A stretch of DNA of 64,000 bases from Octopus sinensis. Lineage: Eukaryota. The notes below the pieces were generated by a model that was not told the origin of the DNA, searched no databases, and saw only the letters and a program-made list of their open reading frames with translations. The stretch is from the NCBI RefSeq assembly GCF_006345805.1, contig NW_021833734.1, forward strand, positions 1 to 64,000, in the 5' to 3' direction. Position 1 is the first letter of the stretch, and every line of letters begins with the position of its first letter. Made by a program: the position numbers and the translations under genes. Below, piece after piece: positions 52,166 through 64,000 of this stretch.

Positions 52166-55100
52166 AAAGTCCATGTTTGGCGGACAGTTTAACATTTATT
52201 TTGCTCCCTGTCTGCCGAGGATGGGTGGTAGTGTCACCGAGGTACTTTTTCACAAGTGCCTGGATCTCGAAGTCCAGACGATATTCGTAGACCCGGAGGG
52301 CAGACTGGTCGTTCTGGATGTCGACGGCAGCAATGGGTGCGCTTTTTGACTCGTATCAGTCTACGCACCGCCTTTAACAGGTTGGCCGGATTTCTTTCGA
52401 CGCTTAGAAGTATTCCTGGGAACGTCTCGTCCTTTACTTTTAGGGGGGGGGGCGATTTGAATGCTACCTTAGACACGCATCTAGACTATGTGGGGAGAGA
52501 CAAAAACAGAAGGGGATGCAAATGCCTCAGAGACCTGCTCAGACGATTCCAACTGTCTGACAGGTACCGACTCAACCACCCAAATGCACCAACGTGGACA
52601 TGGAGCAACCGGAGTGGGTCGTCGAGATCGTATCTAGATAGGATACTGTGTAGGACAGTAGACAGGGATAACTTAGGATGTCTACAATTCCACACAGTCA
52701 GCTACACGGATCACAAATTCGTGACGTGTACGCTAGACTTAGATAAGGCACATAGACAGGGTCCCGGTTACTGGAAACTGAACGCATCTTTCCCATCCAG
52801 ACAGGTTTTCAGAGACAGAATCAACACCTTAGTAAAAAGGGCTTTAACAGGAGCCATCGTCAACAACAAATGGTGGTTCGCCCTCAAGAGAGCAATTAGA
52901 TATAGCAAGGCACTTGCTATAGATAGAAAGAGAGTAGAGGGTGAGTTAGTTAAGAAGTTAGAAGAGGCAATAAGAAGCGGCATCGCATCCGACGTTTTTG
53001 CGGCGAGGTTGGCCCTTAACCAACACTTCAATGCCAAACACGAAGGGTGTGCTGTCAGGGCTAGGATGTGTGCTCTAAGGATGGAAGGTGTTGGACCCGC
53101 GAGGGAGGCCCGGGTGATGGAGGCGCAGCAGGGCAACAAAGCCACCATTCGGTCCCTGGTAGATGAACAAAGGCACGAATTGCTCGAGCCCAGCAAGATG
53201 TGCGAGACATTTCAGCCAGACTTGTTTGGGGACGTCTTGGCATCGGTATACTGCAACTGGCAGCAAAACGGGAGCATACCCGGTTTTATGAGTCGAGGAG
53301 CCGTAACACTGCTGAAGAAAGATCCAAACAAGGGAGACATTATAGATAACTTTAGACCAATCACTCTGCTCAATGCAGACCTGAAAATTTTGACCAAAGT
53401 GTTAGCCAAGAGGTTGGCGCTTGTCATCGAGAAACTAGTCGACAGGGCACAAACGTGCGCCGGGCCGGAGCATCCATGACAACCTCCATCTGATGCGCTA
53501 CATCATAGACAGAGTAGTTATGGAACCTGGCATGGGAGGGGCCCTGATCAACTTGGATCAATCGAAAGCCTTTGATAGGGTAGACCATCGATATTTGGAG
53601 GCAGTCCTGAGAGCAGCTGGTTTTGGTCCCATCTTCCGCGGCTGGATAGCTGCCTTGTACAGAGGCATCCGTTCGGTAATTCGCGTAAATGGACATCTAT
53701 CGTGACCTTTCGACATTGCACGTTCGGTCCGTCAGGGATGCCCCCTCTCGGCACTTCTATACGTATTGACTCTTGAGCCACTACTGCGGAAGCTGGCGAC
53801 TCTGAGGGGCATCCCGCGAGAATTGGGATGCGGGACGAGCGTGTCTGCATACGTGGACAACGTCACCATCATAGTGTCAAGCCACAAACACATCGAGCTG
53901 GTCGGCGAGTCACTAAAAGACTACGAAGCGGTGACAGGAGCAAAAATCAACCAGGAAAAGTCAGTGGTTTTGCGGCTCGGCACCTGGTGAAGCAAGCCCA
54001 TGCCGTCCACCAGCACCTCCGTCGTGGGACGCTGGACAGGTGGCCTGGTTGAGTTGCTCGGGGTCTGGTTCGGTCCGGACCTCCAAATGGAGAAGAACTG
54101 GAACGAGATAACGAGTAGGGTGGTCAATCTCGCCCAGCAATGGGCCGAGAGGAAACTGTCCCTAAAAGGTCGAGCGGAGGTGGCGAACACGTACATCGCG
54201 TCCATCATCTACTACGGCCTGACCGTCGTACCTTGTCCCGACTCTACCATCACCAAACTAGAACGCATTCTCTTCCGCTTCTTGTGGAAAGGATGCATCC
54301 CGATGGTCAGGCGATCCATTTGCTGTCAACACCCGTTGAAAGGAGGACTGGGTATGCCATGGTTGATGATGCGCAGACACGCGCTGAGACTGCGACATCT
54401 CCGGCTCTATGTAGACGACGGTGAACAGGTGTGGTCACCGTTTGTGAGGCACGCGTCCCGCAGCTCGTCTCCATGACCGAACTGCAGTCGAGGATCAAAA
54501 AGAGGCCGAGGAAGGGCGAATGGCACCGCGAGTGTCGCGTTGCTCACAAGCAACTCTGCTGTCCCGGGTCGACCTTGAGTGACTTCAACACGACCAAAGC
54601 ATTCTATAGTGGATTAGCGTAGGGGAGGTACGACGACGATCTTGGGGCAAACCTGGGCATCGACGAGAAATACCTGACCCGCCTGTTTGAAACAACTTTC
54701 GGGCCGGGACCTATGGACAACTTCCAGAGATCCCTGGCCTGGCAGTGCTACCGAGAAGCGCTACCCGTTCGGGATAAGCTCTATAGGCATGGCTCGAGAA
54801 ACACGGGGTTGACCTGCCCGAGATGCGGGCAGAGCGAAGAAACCGCTCTGCACGCAATCATGCAGTGTCCAACAATCTCTGAGCTGTGGGCTTATGTCGA
54901 ACGACTGCTGTCACATGTGGGACGTGTCGTTTTATCAGCCGAGTCTATCGTTAATATCGTCACGCCTCCTTCCTTCAAACGGGATGGAAGAGCTATTTTT
55001 ATCATACTTGTGGCTATGGCGAAAGAATGTATCTGGTGGATGCGCCTGAAAGGATTAGAGACAAACACTTTCCTCTCTGGTCAATCTCTCATCAAGTTCT

Positions 55101-55596
55101 TCAAGTATCACTTGAAGAGGAAAGTGAGAGTAGAGAGGCAAGTTTTGTCTAGTGAATGTTTTAAAAAAAGATGGGTGAATGTTGCAAGGATGGCACGTAT
55201 AAATGACGAAACCACTTTCACTATGATCCTATGAACCGTAAAAATTAATACAGAGAGTTGCTTATTTGTAAAAATAAAAAAAAAAGAAATATAACATGTG
55301 ACTTCGTTGACCGAGGTTACCGTGGTCTTTTCCGTAAACCTCACCTGTCCTCCGCTTCACACTTCATATTGACATTTCTGTGATAACGATCCCTATTGAT
55401 CAAATTTTTTTCCTTCTCCCCACCTTTTGTTTTTTTTTTAATTTTATTTTTTCCCCCCCTTTTTTTGTCCTTTTTCTTTCCATTTGCGATCCCTTTTGAT
55501 CGAAAACCAAACCCCCTTCTTTTACCCCCAAAAGAAAAGCTCTACCTTGTAATTTTGTCCTGTCTGTGTGCAGCCCTGTGTGGCTAATAAAGAAAC
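52166..55596 (+). mobile_element. Tx1/L1-clade LINE, 5'-truncated, ORF2 broken by stops and frameshifts
   Basis: APE motifs DPEGRLVVLDV, SVYAP, GDLNA, TDH. RT motifs FRPITLLNADLKIL, KAFDRVDH, VRQGCPLS. C-terminal CPRC-x8-H-x4-C zinc knuckle. 3' end aataaagaaac followed by (CTAT)n. Confidence 0.92.
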
Positions 55597-55597
55597 A

Positions 55598-55643
<46 letters not shown>

Positions 55644-55695
55644 CCTACCTATCTACCTATCTACCTATCTATCTATCTATCTATCAATCTATCTA
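55597..55695. repeat. (CTAT)n microsatellite at the Tx1 3' end
   Basis: Direct inspection. Confidence 0.95.
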
Positions 55696-57028
55696 GAAAA
55701 CGCGTGTTATAATTGGAAGAGTTGGTTTCTTCTGGATTCGCGTTCTTATCTAGGATGAGGCAGAGATGGAGAAGGAAAAATATTTACTTCTATATATTTC
55801 TATATTGGGTAGAAGGGGTTGTCACACATCTACCCATCAGCACAAATAGGACGGATGTCTCTTGCCATAACTGAATTAAGTGTGTGTGTGTGTGTGTTGG
55901 ATTATTTGCATGTGTCTTCTGCTATAGCCCCGGGCCGACCAATGCCTTGTGAGTGGATTTGGTAGACGGAAACTGAAAGAAGCCTGTCGTATATATGGAT
56001 ATATATAAATGTGTGCGTGTGTGTGTGTTTCTGTCTGTGTTTGTTCCCTTAGCATTGCTTGACAACCGATGCTGGTGTGTTTACGTCCCCGTCACCTAGC
56101 GGTTCGGCAAAAAAAGACCGATAGAATATGTACTGGGCTTACAAAAAGAATAAGTCCTGGGGTTCGAGTTGCTCGACTAAAGGCGGTGCTCCAGCATGGC
56201 CGCGGTCAAATGACTGAAACAAATAAAAAGAGTAAAAGAGTGTGTGTGTGTGTGTGTGTGTGTCTTGAGGGTTCAGTGGTAGAATGGGAGGCTTAAACAC
56301 TCCAACGATTCTGCCCTGTTATACATAGCACTTCCCATAAAGAACCAAACCCCAGACACTAGTACAGAATAGGGGTTCTTGCTGCTGTAGTGGTTGTTGT
56401 AGATTAATACAGAGAAAGAGAGAGGGAGTAAAAAACACACACACACACATATATATATATGTGTGTGTGTGTCGGTTTGAATGGCAGTTTTTTCTAGCGG
56501 TGTCATATGAAATTGTCACCCATAATTATGACCCTAGAATCGATCTATTGCATTTCAATCTCTTTTAGGGTTAGGGTTAGGGGTGGGGGGAAGGGTATCT
56601 TTTTTTCTTCACAAATGTAAATAAACCCAATCTGTTTCTTAAATGAGGGACGTATTCATGCGGCACAGAATGTTTTTTTTACCTCAATAGACGTCATTGA
56701 TTGGTTGAAATTGCAGAATTTGGAGAAAAAAAACAACAAATATCTTACAAACTATAGAATTTTCTCAATAAAGCCAAGAGAAAAAGATGTTTTATAAGTT
56801 TGAAATTTTTTAGTTACTCTTTACTCTTTTACTTGTTTCAGTCATTTGACTGCGGCCATGCTGGAGCACCGCTTTTAGTCGAGCAAATCGACCCCAGGAC
56901 TTATTCTTTGTAAGCCTAGTACTTATTCTATCGATCTCTTTCGCCGAACCGCTAAGTTACGGGGACGTAAACACACCAGCATCGGTTGTCAAGCGATGTT
57001 GGGGGCACAAACACAGACACGCAAACAT

Positions 57029-57073
<45 letters not shown>

Positions 57074-57632
57074 TTGTTATTGTTTTTGTTGAATAAAATT
57101 TGTTGAAAAATAGCCGCAATAATTATACACCGACTCAATATCTCATAGATATACACATAATATGGCCACAAGCAGAGAGACGTACACACATGTTTTGTAT
57201 ATGACTGTGTACTTGTGGCTGCATGTGTTTATATTGGTGAATGTATGTATAAAACGAGTGTTATAATTCTGCGAGTTGGTTTCCTGTGGATTCGCGTTCA
57301 AATCCATGACAAGGCAGAGGTAGAGAAGGAAAACTATTTCCTTATTTCTCTTTCTATATTGAGTAAAAGGATTGCCTCACACCTACACATCTGCACAACT
57401 AGGACGGATGTCCCTTTCCATCACTGAACGACGTGGGTGTGTATGTGTTGGATTGTTTGCATGTGTGTGTGTGTGTGTGTGTGTGTTGAGGACTCAGTGG
57501 GAGAATGGGAGGCTGAAACACTCCTTGTTAAACATACCACTTCCATAAACAACCAAACCCCAAACACTGGTACAGAGTGGAGGTTGTTGTAGATAAAGAC
57601 AGAATGAGAGAGTCAAATACAGACATATATAT

Positions 57633-57674
<42 letters not shown>

Positions 57675-57678
57675 CATA

Positions 57679-57721
<43 letters not shown>

Positions 57722-57825
57722 CCGGAGTAAACACATAAATGTGAAACAAGGTGGAAAAAAGAGTACTCAAATACCAGTGGTAGAGTAATATGCTTTATTT
57801 AAAGCAGCAGAAAATTCAACAAAAC

Positions 57826-57863
57826 CTGTTACTCTGAGTTTTACGTTGCCGTTCATCGGACAG
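57826..57863 (-). ncRNA. Degenerate minimal hammerhead-like motif
   Basis: ctgt-CCGATGA-acg(gcaa)cgt-AAAA-ctcaga-GTA-acag. U4C and G12A relative to the consensus. Confidence 0.4.
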
Positions 57864-57868
57864 TTTTG

Positions 57869-57962
<94 letters not shown>

Positions 57963-58051
57963 CATTTCTTAACTCATAGTTATTTCGATCTTGTAAGGAT
58001 GGACTTGGTGCTAACTTAACTGTATCTATTTTTTATTATATTTTTTTATTA

Positions 58052-58098
<47 letters not shown>

Positions 58099-58427
58099 AG
58101 TAATTTTTATTAACTTTTATAGCTTTAGAATCTTATGAACTGTACCACGGATTTAATTATTGTTTTTCATCTCCATATATGTTAGCTTTTTTTTATATAT
58201 ATTTTAAAAAAACTATTAGCCAAATATGTATAATATCGGTACTTATTGATATTAATATATACATTATTATATTTTTGTTTTATTTGTTCTGTTTACTTCT
58301 CCTTTTTGTACAAATGTGTATTATATTATATAAGTGTAGCTTTATGATGTATAAGTTTTTATATTTTACTTTTTATATTTTTATATTTATATTATATTTT
58401 TCACTATTATAACAAATTTAATTTAAT

Positions 58428-58536
58428 TCTCTGAAGAGGCCGTGGGGCATCCTTGTTAATGCCTCATTTATACCTGCCTTTATGGCTTATAGGTTAAATG
58501 AGGTATGACTGTCCTCACTGCCGAAACAGCTGTCAG
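58428..58536 (+). ncRNA. Type I hammerhead ribozyme-like motif (Penelope-type)
   Basis: CTGAAGA 58431-37; stem II ggccgtgggg/cctcactgcc; GAAA 58523-26; stem III ac-AGCT-gt; cleavage triplet GTC 58532-34; stem I short. Confidence 0.65.
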
Positions 58537-58761
58537 TTTTGATTTATATCATATTTGATAATTTTTTACTTATATCTCTTTATCTTTTTACTATTACTGT
58601 GTATCTCATTTCATTTTATGTATTGCCTTTACTCATATGTAATGGTGTATTAAAGTATGGATTGAGTTTCATCGGATAGTTGATGTTTTACTGATTTAAG
58701 TATATTTCTCCATTCTCATAATTTTGTAGTATATATATATAATATATATATATATATTATG

Positions 58762-58809
<48 letters not shown>

Positions 58810-58818
58810 CATATTATA

Positions 58819-58876
<58 letters not shown>

Positions 58877-59023
58877 TATTATATATCTGTATGTATGTAT
58901 GTATATATATGTATATATATAGATATAGATGGATATATAAATAGATAGACAGACAGATAGAGAGAGAGAGGGATAGAAAGAGAGAGAAATGGCTCGATAG
59001 ATAGGGGAGAGAGTCAAACACAG

Positions 59024-59068
<45 letters not shown>

Positions 59069-60604
59069 CAGAGAGAGGCAGAAAGTGACGTTCCCGGATA
59101 CACACACACACACACACACACACACAACATCAAACGTAAATACACACACAGGCACAAACATAAACAGAAGTGTATACACACACACATACACACCCCAGAC
59201 ATCATTCGTCTTATGTGTATACATGTGTAATACTCCTCTCTCTCTCTCTCCCCCTTTCTCTCTCTATAGACGTATGTAAATATTCATACACACTTACATA
59301 TATAAATATTTACCTGCTTATGTACATACATAAATACATACATATACACACATATATTCACTCGTGTTCAGTCCAAATCGAAGTTTTCCTTTCTTTTTCA
59401 CGTCCAAATTAATTATAATTCCTAATTAATGACTTAATTGTGACACATTTTAAGTCATTTAACATTAATTAATTCATAAAAATGCTGACAATGTCTCTTT
59501 TATTGCAAATAAACAATTTAGACAGAGATTTTAAACTCGTATTTCCCGCTTTTTTTCCCCACGTTTTTGTCATTCAAATTGTCGTTGCTAGGCAACGGAT
59601 AGAAACAATTGAACGGGAAGCGGCAGAAGTTATAGAGAGACTCCAGACTGGGCGGTTTGTGTGATACCAGACCCGAAATATCACCAGATACCCTTAAGCA
59701 TGGGTTGTCACAGATGGATTTATGTGTGTGCAAGAAGGCTACGTATAATAATGTATAATTATATCTATATATATCTGAGTTTGTATATGAATATGCAGGT
59801 ATGTATAATATTCTGAAAAAAAGTTTTCCCAATAAATCCCCATAGAATCGGAATCTACACCATCTGAAGCATATTTGTAGGAAATTCCATGAAAAATATC
59901 CATTTCTCTGCAAGTTATTAGGGAAGAAGCATAGACATCATCGAAGAACATTTATACACACGTATATTTATATATACCTACATATACACACATGTCTTTG
60001 CTATGTTTTTTAAACACATAAAACTCATAGATGCATACTTTTATAATATTTTACACTTAAACCGCCACAGGACAATATCTTTAGAGTTGCTTCCTAAAGT
60101 GTCCTTCACTTTTTTGATGAAAAACGATACAAATTTCAGAGTATTTGGCTGTTATTTCTAGCATGATGTTAGGCCATCTATAGGACAATATTTGACATGG
60201 ATGCTTTGAAAATTGTCCTTCAATTTTTATTTGTGATGAAACAAAAATGTGAATGTCTTTGTGGCTCTTTCTAGCATGAAATGAGACCATATACAGGTCA
60301 ATTTTATTTATAAAAGGTTCTTATCTGTCCTTCAAATTTTATATGAAAAGTAAAGTGGTTTCTATTTCTAGCATGAAAAATGACCAGCTATGGGAAAGCT
60401 TTTACTGAATGCTTCTTAAAGTGTCCTTCTCTTATTTTATGAACCCCCAACAGCAACAACAACAAGAACAACCCTGCGAGGACGAAAGGCAATGTTTGTG
60501 CGTGTGTGCAGTTGGAATGTCACTGCAACAACAACAACAACAATCTATTCTTATTAAACGTTAAAAACTGTCAGATGCAGACTGCACACACGCACACACA
60601 ACGC

Positions 60605-60679
60605 TAATGACGACGATGATGATGATGGTGATGATGACGATGATGATGATGGTGATGACGATGATGACGATGATGATGG

Positions 60680-60711
<32 letters not shown>

Positions 60712-60750
60712 GTGATGATGACGATGATGATGATGACGACGACGACGGCG
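60605..60750. repeat. (GAT/GAC)n trinucleotide repeat
   Basis: Direct inspection. Confidence 0.95.
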
Positions 60751-61135
60751 GCGGAGACGGCGGCGGTGGTCGTCTGCCTTTTAATGGAGAATCAATGATT
60801 ATGAAAGTCTCTGCTTTCGGACCAGACATTCCTATACATACATGCATGCGTATATATATATATAATACACACACACACAAACATACATACTTATAGCCTT
60901 ATTTCTATACATACATTCCTAAATATGTGTGTATATATATATAAACACATGTATATATACTGTATATAAATATACACACACACACAAAGAGAGTGTGTTG
61001 AGGAATGTTACAACAATAAGTGTTAGTGTGTAGAATGCGATGCAGGTTCAATTCCCGGGCGAAGCCATTTACAACAACAACAACAACAATAAGAAGAAGA
61101 AGAAGAAGATTGAAGTTTAATATTTCTGGAAATAT

Positions 61136-62050
61136 TTATTTGTCAAAATAAAAGAAAGCAAAAGATTGAGGTCCAGGAATAATTCCAAAAACCATCAAAG
61201 AATTGTCTGAAACATCCAAACCAAGAACTTCAAAGACTTCATTATCATCCTCTCTGAGGAGTAAATATTTTGGATTATCTTCTAATCCCAGGATTTCATC
61301 ATCTTCAGATGTTTCCTCTTCAATATGTCGAGGTATTTCGTAAATATTGTTTCTGAAATCTGTTATATAAACACATTCACCAATTATGGTCAGACGAGGT
61401 CTTGCAATATAATAATATCCCAGAAAAGAAAACCTTCTTTCTTCTATTATTATCCTCCTCACCAAAGACTTTTCCCTGAACCATTCCACAAAACAAAAAT
61501 CTTCCCATCTTCCAGACCCCTTCTCCTCCATCTCCCTCCTCACAACAAAAACATCACCAAAAGATGTGACTCCCACACCATCCAACACCCCTTCATCTCC
61601 CTCAAACCTTCCAGACCTCCTCATCTTCCCACGACACACTTCATCTTTACATTTCCCATCTTTGATATCAACCACATCCACATAATAAGGGTCAAAGATG
61701 CTGGAGTCAAGGCAATAATAGTAATCCTTGTTGTTCTCCCATCTTCTTTGGTATTTCTTGTGTCTCTCTTCTTGAGTTATGTCTCTAATATAATGACCAC
61801 CACACACGAGTTGATTGTCGTTGTATTTATAAATCCTGTTGTAGTATTTCTCAGTTCTGATGGTTCTTAAACGACGGAGATCCCTGTTGAAGACCCTCAT
61901 TTCTCTCCCAAAGGCGACAATGAAACATTCCTCTGTCCACCGACATATGTCCAGTGGTGTTCGTTGTTGTTGTTCATGTTGAAGTATGTCCACTGTTGTT
62001 GTTGTTGTTGTTCTGATTAATGTGACACTTTCTCTCGAAATATCACACAC
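61136..62050 (-). CDS. Second NHL/beta-propeller-like module, homologous to the first module of the 62395 ORF
   Basis: ICRW/MCRW, KYYxxxxxxxxNQLV and RLTIxxxxVYI/RMTIxxxxLYI motifs align between the two ORFs. No ATG start. Confidence 0.6.
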   Translation of the reverse strand: MCDISRESVTLIRTTTTTTVDILQHEQQQRTPLDICRWTEECFIVAFGREMRVFNRDLRRLRTIRTEKYYNRIYKYNDNQLVCGGHYIRDITQEERHKKYQRRWENNKDYYYCLDSSIFDPYYVDVVDIKDGKCKDEVCRGKMRRSGRFEGDEGVLDGVGVTSFGDVFVVRREMEEKGSGRWEDFCFVEWFREKSLVRRIIIEERRFSFLGYYYIARPRLTIIGECVYITDFRNNIYEIPRHIEEETSEDDEILGLEDNPKYLLLREDDNEVFEVLGLDVSDNSLMVFGIIPGPQSFAFFYFDK

Positions 62051-62394
62051 TCACATTCTCATCTAACTTAATTAGTTTACTGTTCCGGTCCCTGATGTCC
62101 CTAAAATCATAATCAACAGGTTCCTCGAATGCAGGAATGGAAAAAGGGACCATTGCTGTCCTATATGGAAGTCTCCTCACTGATATTTCATCAATTCCTG
62201 AATTATTAATCTCCGCTATGTAATTACCACATCTCACCTTTAATCTACCTTTACCAATTATTTCACCTGATTTACCTCTTCTTCTTCCTCCTCCATCTCC
62301 ATCCCCTCCTCTGTATTCCAATTTATTAATTAATTCATTACTGAATATTTCCTTGTTCGTTTCAGATGTAATGGAAGGGAAACGAAGACCAGAA
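62043..62394 (-). CDS. Linker segment of the propeller gene, in a shifted frame
   Basis: Open frame DSGLRFPSITSETNKEIFSNELINKLEYRGG...DENVSV*. Joins the flanking ORFs by single small indels. Confidence 0.4.
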
Positions 62395-63708
62395 TCAATT
62401 TAATGACGACACAGATTCCAGAATGTTCACTTGGTCCCCATCAATCTTTATGCAATGACATTCAATCAATTCATTATGTACACACCAGTAAATACCCGCC
62501 ACTTTTCTCCATATTACACCATAAGGGATGAGACTCGACCAAACTTGAGATGTCTGCAAATCTTCTCCATTCAGTTGAAATATTTCTTTCCTTTTAGGAA
62601 CCGTGGCCATTATGTGTGATTCTTGTGTAAAACACACACCACCAACTAAACTTGCAACATTTCTGTGACATAGCAACTGGCCGTCTTCATCGAATATTTT
62701 AACATTTCCATTATTGGCTTTTTCACACACAACTGTCTTTCCTTCCTCAGAGACATCAAAATCTTTCACTTGAACAGGACATTCGTCTGTTTGTAAACGA
62801 GCAACCGGGAAGCTGTCTCGATTCACCATAAACAACCCTTCAACATACAATTCATTCCTCCTGGGGCTTCCAACAAACCTTGGTCCTTTACAGTCTATAC
62901 TGGAGAAATATACTATATCATTATAAATTCTTTTATTTAAAAATATTCTCTTGTATTCCCCTTTCTGGGTCAAACACAAAATGTTTTGATATCCAGATAA
63001 ACCTAAACATTTCTCCCACCCACCATGAATGTACAAAAAACTGTCATCAATTGTCATCCTGTCATCATCATTAAAATAATACCCCATGTAGTGTCTGACT
63101 GAATGTAAATATTGACCACCTCTGTTGAAGAAAATGATGAATCTTTTGTTGTAGACAATGATGACATCTTCATCAGTAACTTTAATATCCCGGATTATAT
63201 CAGAATACTTTCCATCTTCGTATCTCTCTATTAATGGTTCAGGTATGTCTATTTTTTTTATTTCCTTCACACTCGAATGTATTTCATCAATATCAACAAA
63301 ATGCAAATGTCTTCCATCTCTCACTTCACTCAAAACCAGTTGATTGTTTGATAAAGAAGCCACACATTCATAATATTTATTTCTCGTTTTGTAAATTACC
63401 AACGACAATGGAAACTCCACTTTTAATGTCAACAGTTGGTGTTTATCATCATCATAAAGATCCCAATTCGTAATGACCAGTGTGTTTGACTGCCATCGAC
63501 ACATTTTAATATATCTATAAAGATTCACTTTGATTGAATCCATAAGGTGACCATCCAATGTGAATATCTTAATGTTTCCATTCTTCTTGTCCCATCCTGC
63601 AATCAGATTATTTTCAGTAAGAACCAAACAATGAATCTCCGCTGGTCCTTTGTCTCCCAAATGTTCAGGGAGAGGAATATGTCTGGCTTTATCAGAAACT
63701 GTCAGGTC
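62395..63708 (-). CDS. NHL/beta-propeller-like repeat exon (B-box/TRIM-NHL-like family); upstream exons probably outside the window
   Basis: 437-aa open frame from a phase-0 acceptor (ttatatctacag|GAC) at 63709. Blade-like motifs GNIKIFTLDGHLMDSI and GNVKIFDEDGQLL. Family call is from motif resemblance only. Confidence 0.65.
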   Translation of the reverse strand, partial: DLTVSDKARHIPLPEHLGDKGPAEIHCLVLTENNLIAGWDKKNGNIKIFTLDGHLMDSIKVNLYRYIKMCRWQSNTLVITNWDLYDDDKHQLLTLKVEFPLSLVIYKTRNKYYECVASLSNNQLVLSEVRDGRHLHFVDIDEIHSSVKEIKKIDIPEPLIERYEDGKYSDIIRDIKVTDEDVIIVYNKRFIIFFNRGGQYLHSVRHYMGYYFNDDDRMTIDDSFLYIHGGWEKCLGLSGYQNILCLTQKGEYKRIFLNKRIYNDIVYFSSIDCKGPRFVGSPRRNELYVEGLFMVNRDSFPVARLQTDECPVQVKDFDVSEEGKTVVCEKANNGNVKIFDEDGQLLCHRNVASLVGGVCFTQESHIMATVPKRKEIFQLNGEDLQTSQVWSSLIPYGVIWRKVAGIYWCVHNELIECHCIKIDGDQVNILESVSSLN

Positions 63709-64000
63709 CTGTAGATATAAAGTGGAAGACAACATCACTGAGAGAAATGTGTCTGGAAAATACATCCACCAGGTCGATATAATAATTAAGTTGATTATTA
63801 GTAACGAGATCATTAACCAACAAATTCTGATCGTTTATGGCAAACATACGGCTTCTGTCTATCAGATAAACAGAGTTTGGTCAATAGATCCACCTTGGAG
63901 ACTGAGGGGACGTTTCACTTGGGACATTAAAACACTGGGGACCATCTGACGACCGCCATGACCACCACCACCTATTCTAGTGTTGTACTGAAAAGCTTTT

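Noticed and set aside
55597-55695. Tx1 target specificity for (CTAT)n
   Set aside because: The 5' junction (52165) is in non-repetitive ZNF flank and no TSD is visible, so target specificity cannot be supported from this copy.
56568-56585. TTAGGG telomere-like repeats (also 18143, 48548, 8530)
   Set aside because: Only 2-3 units, mostly internal to multi-copy MITE-like elements; not an interstitial telomere.
55715-57620. Diverged local duplication (55715-56420 vs 57265-57620)
   Set aside because: No conserved reading frame or structure found; treated as an ordinary old tandem duplication with SINE insertions.

Overview
Eukaryotic, AT-rich, microsatellite-dense genomic DNA. It is most consistent with an octopus (coleoid cephalopod) genome; this is inferred from recalled SINE families and the gene type, not from a database search. 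The core is a tandem cluster of nine C2H2 zinc-finger (ZNF) genes, here called ZNF-A to ZNF-I. Eight lie on the minus strand and one is inverted on the plus strand. Each has 7-16 fingers in a single coding exon and no recognisable KRAB, SCAN, BTB or ZAD domain. Several copies were duplicated as whole units (promoter/first-exon module, intron, leader, finger exon, 3' flank) and show finger-level 84-bp amplification and C-terminal frameshift decay. The right end holds a frameshifted, multi-module NHL/beta-propeller-like coding exon. Interspersed elements include RTE and Tx1/L1-clade LINEs, three tRNA-derived SINE families, a Mutator-like element with a 9-bp TSD, MITE and Helitron-like elements, and Penelope-like terminal repeats. 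The most notable observations are: (1) a 20-28 codon uORF (MTLA...) retained just after the splice acceptor in six ZNF paralogues; (2) a SINE family sharing its 3' tail with the Tx1 LINE (34/41 nt, ungapped); (3) four hammerhead-ribozyme-like motifs; (4) a headless ZNF ORF directly behind another ZNF; (5) an RTE LINE whose two halves lie in opposite orientations. Splice sites, promoters and ribozyme activity are inferred from motifs only.
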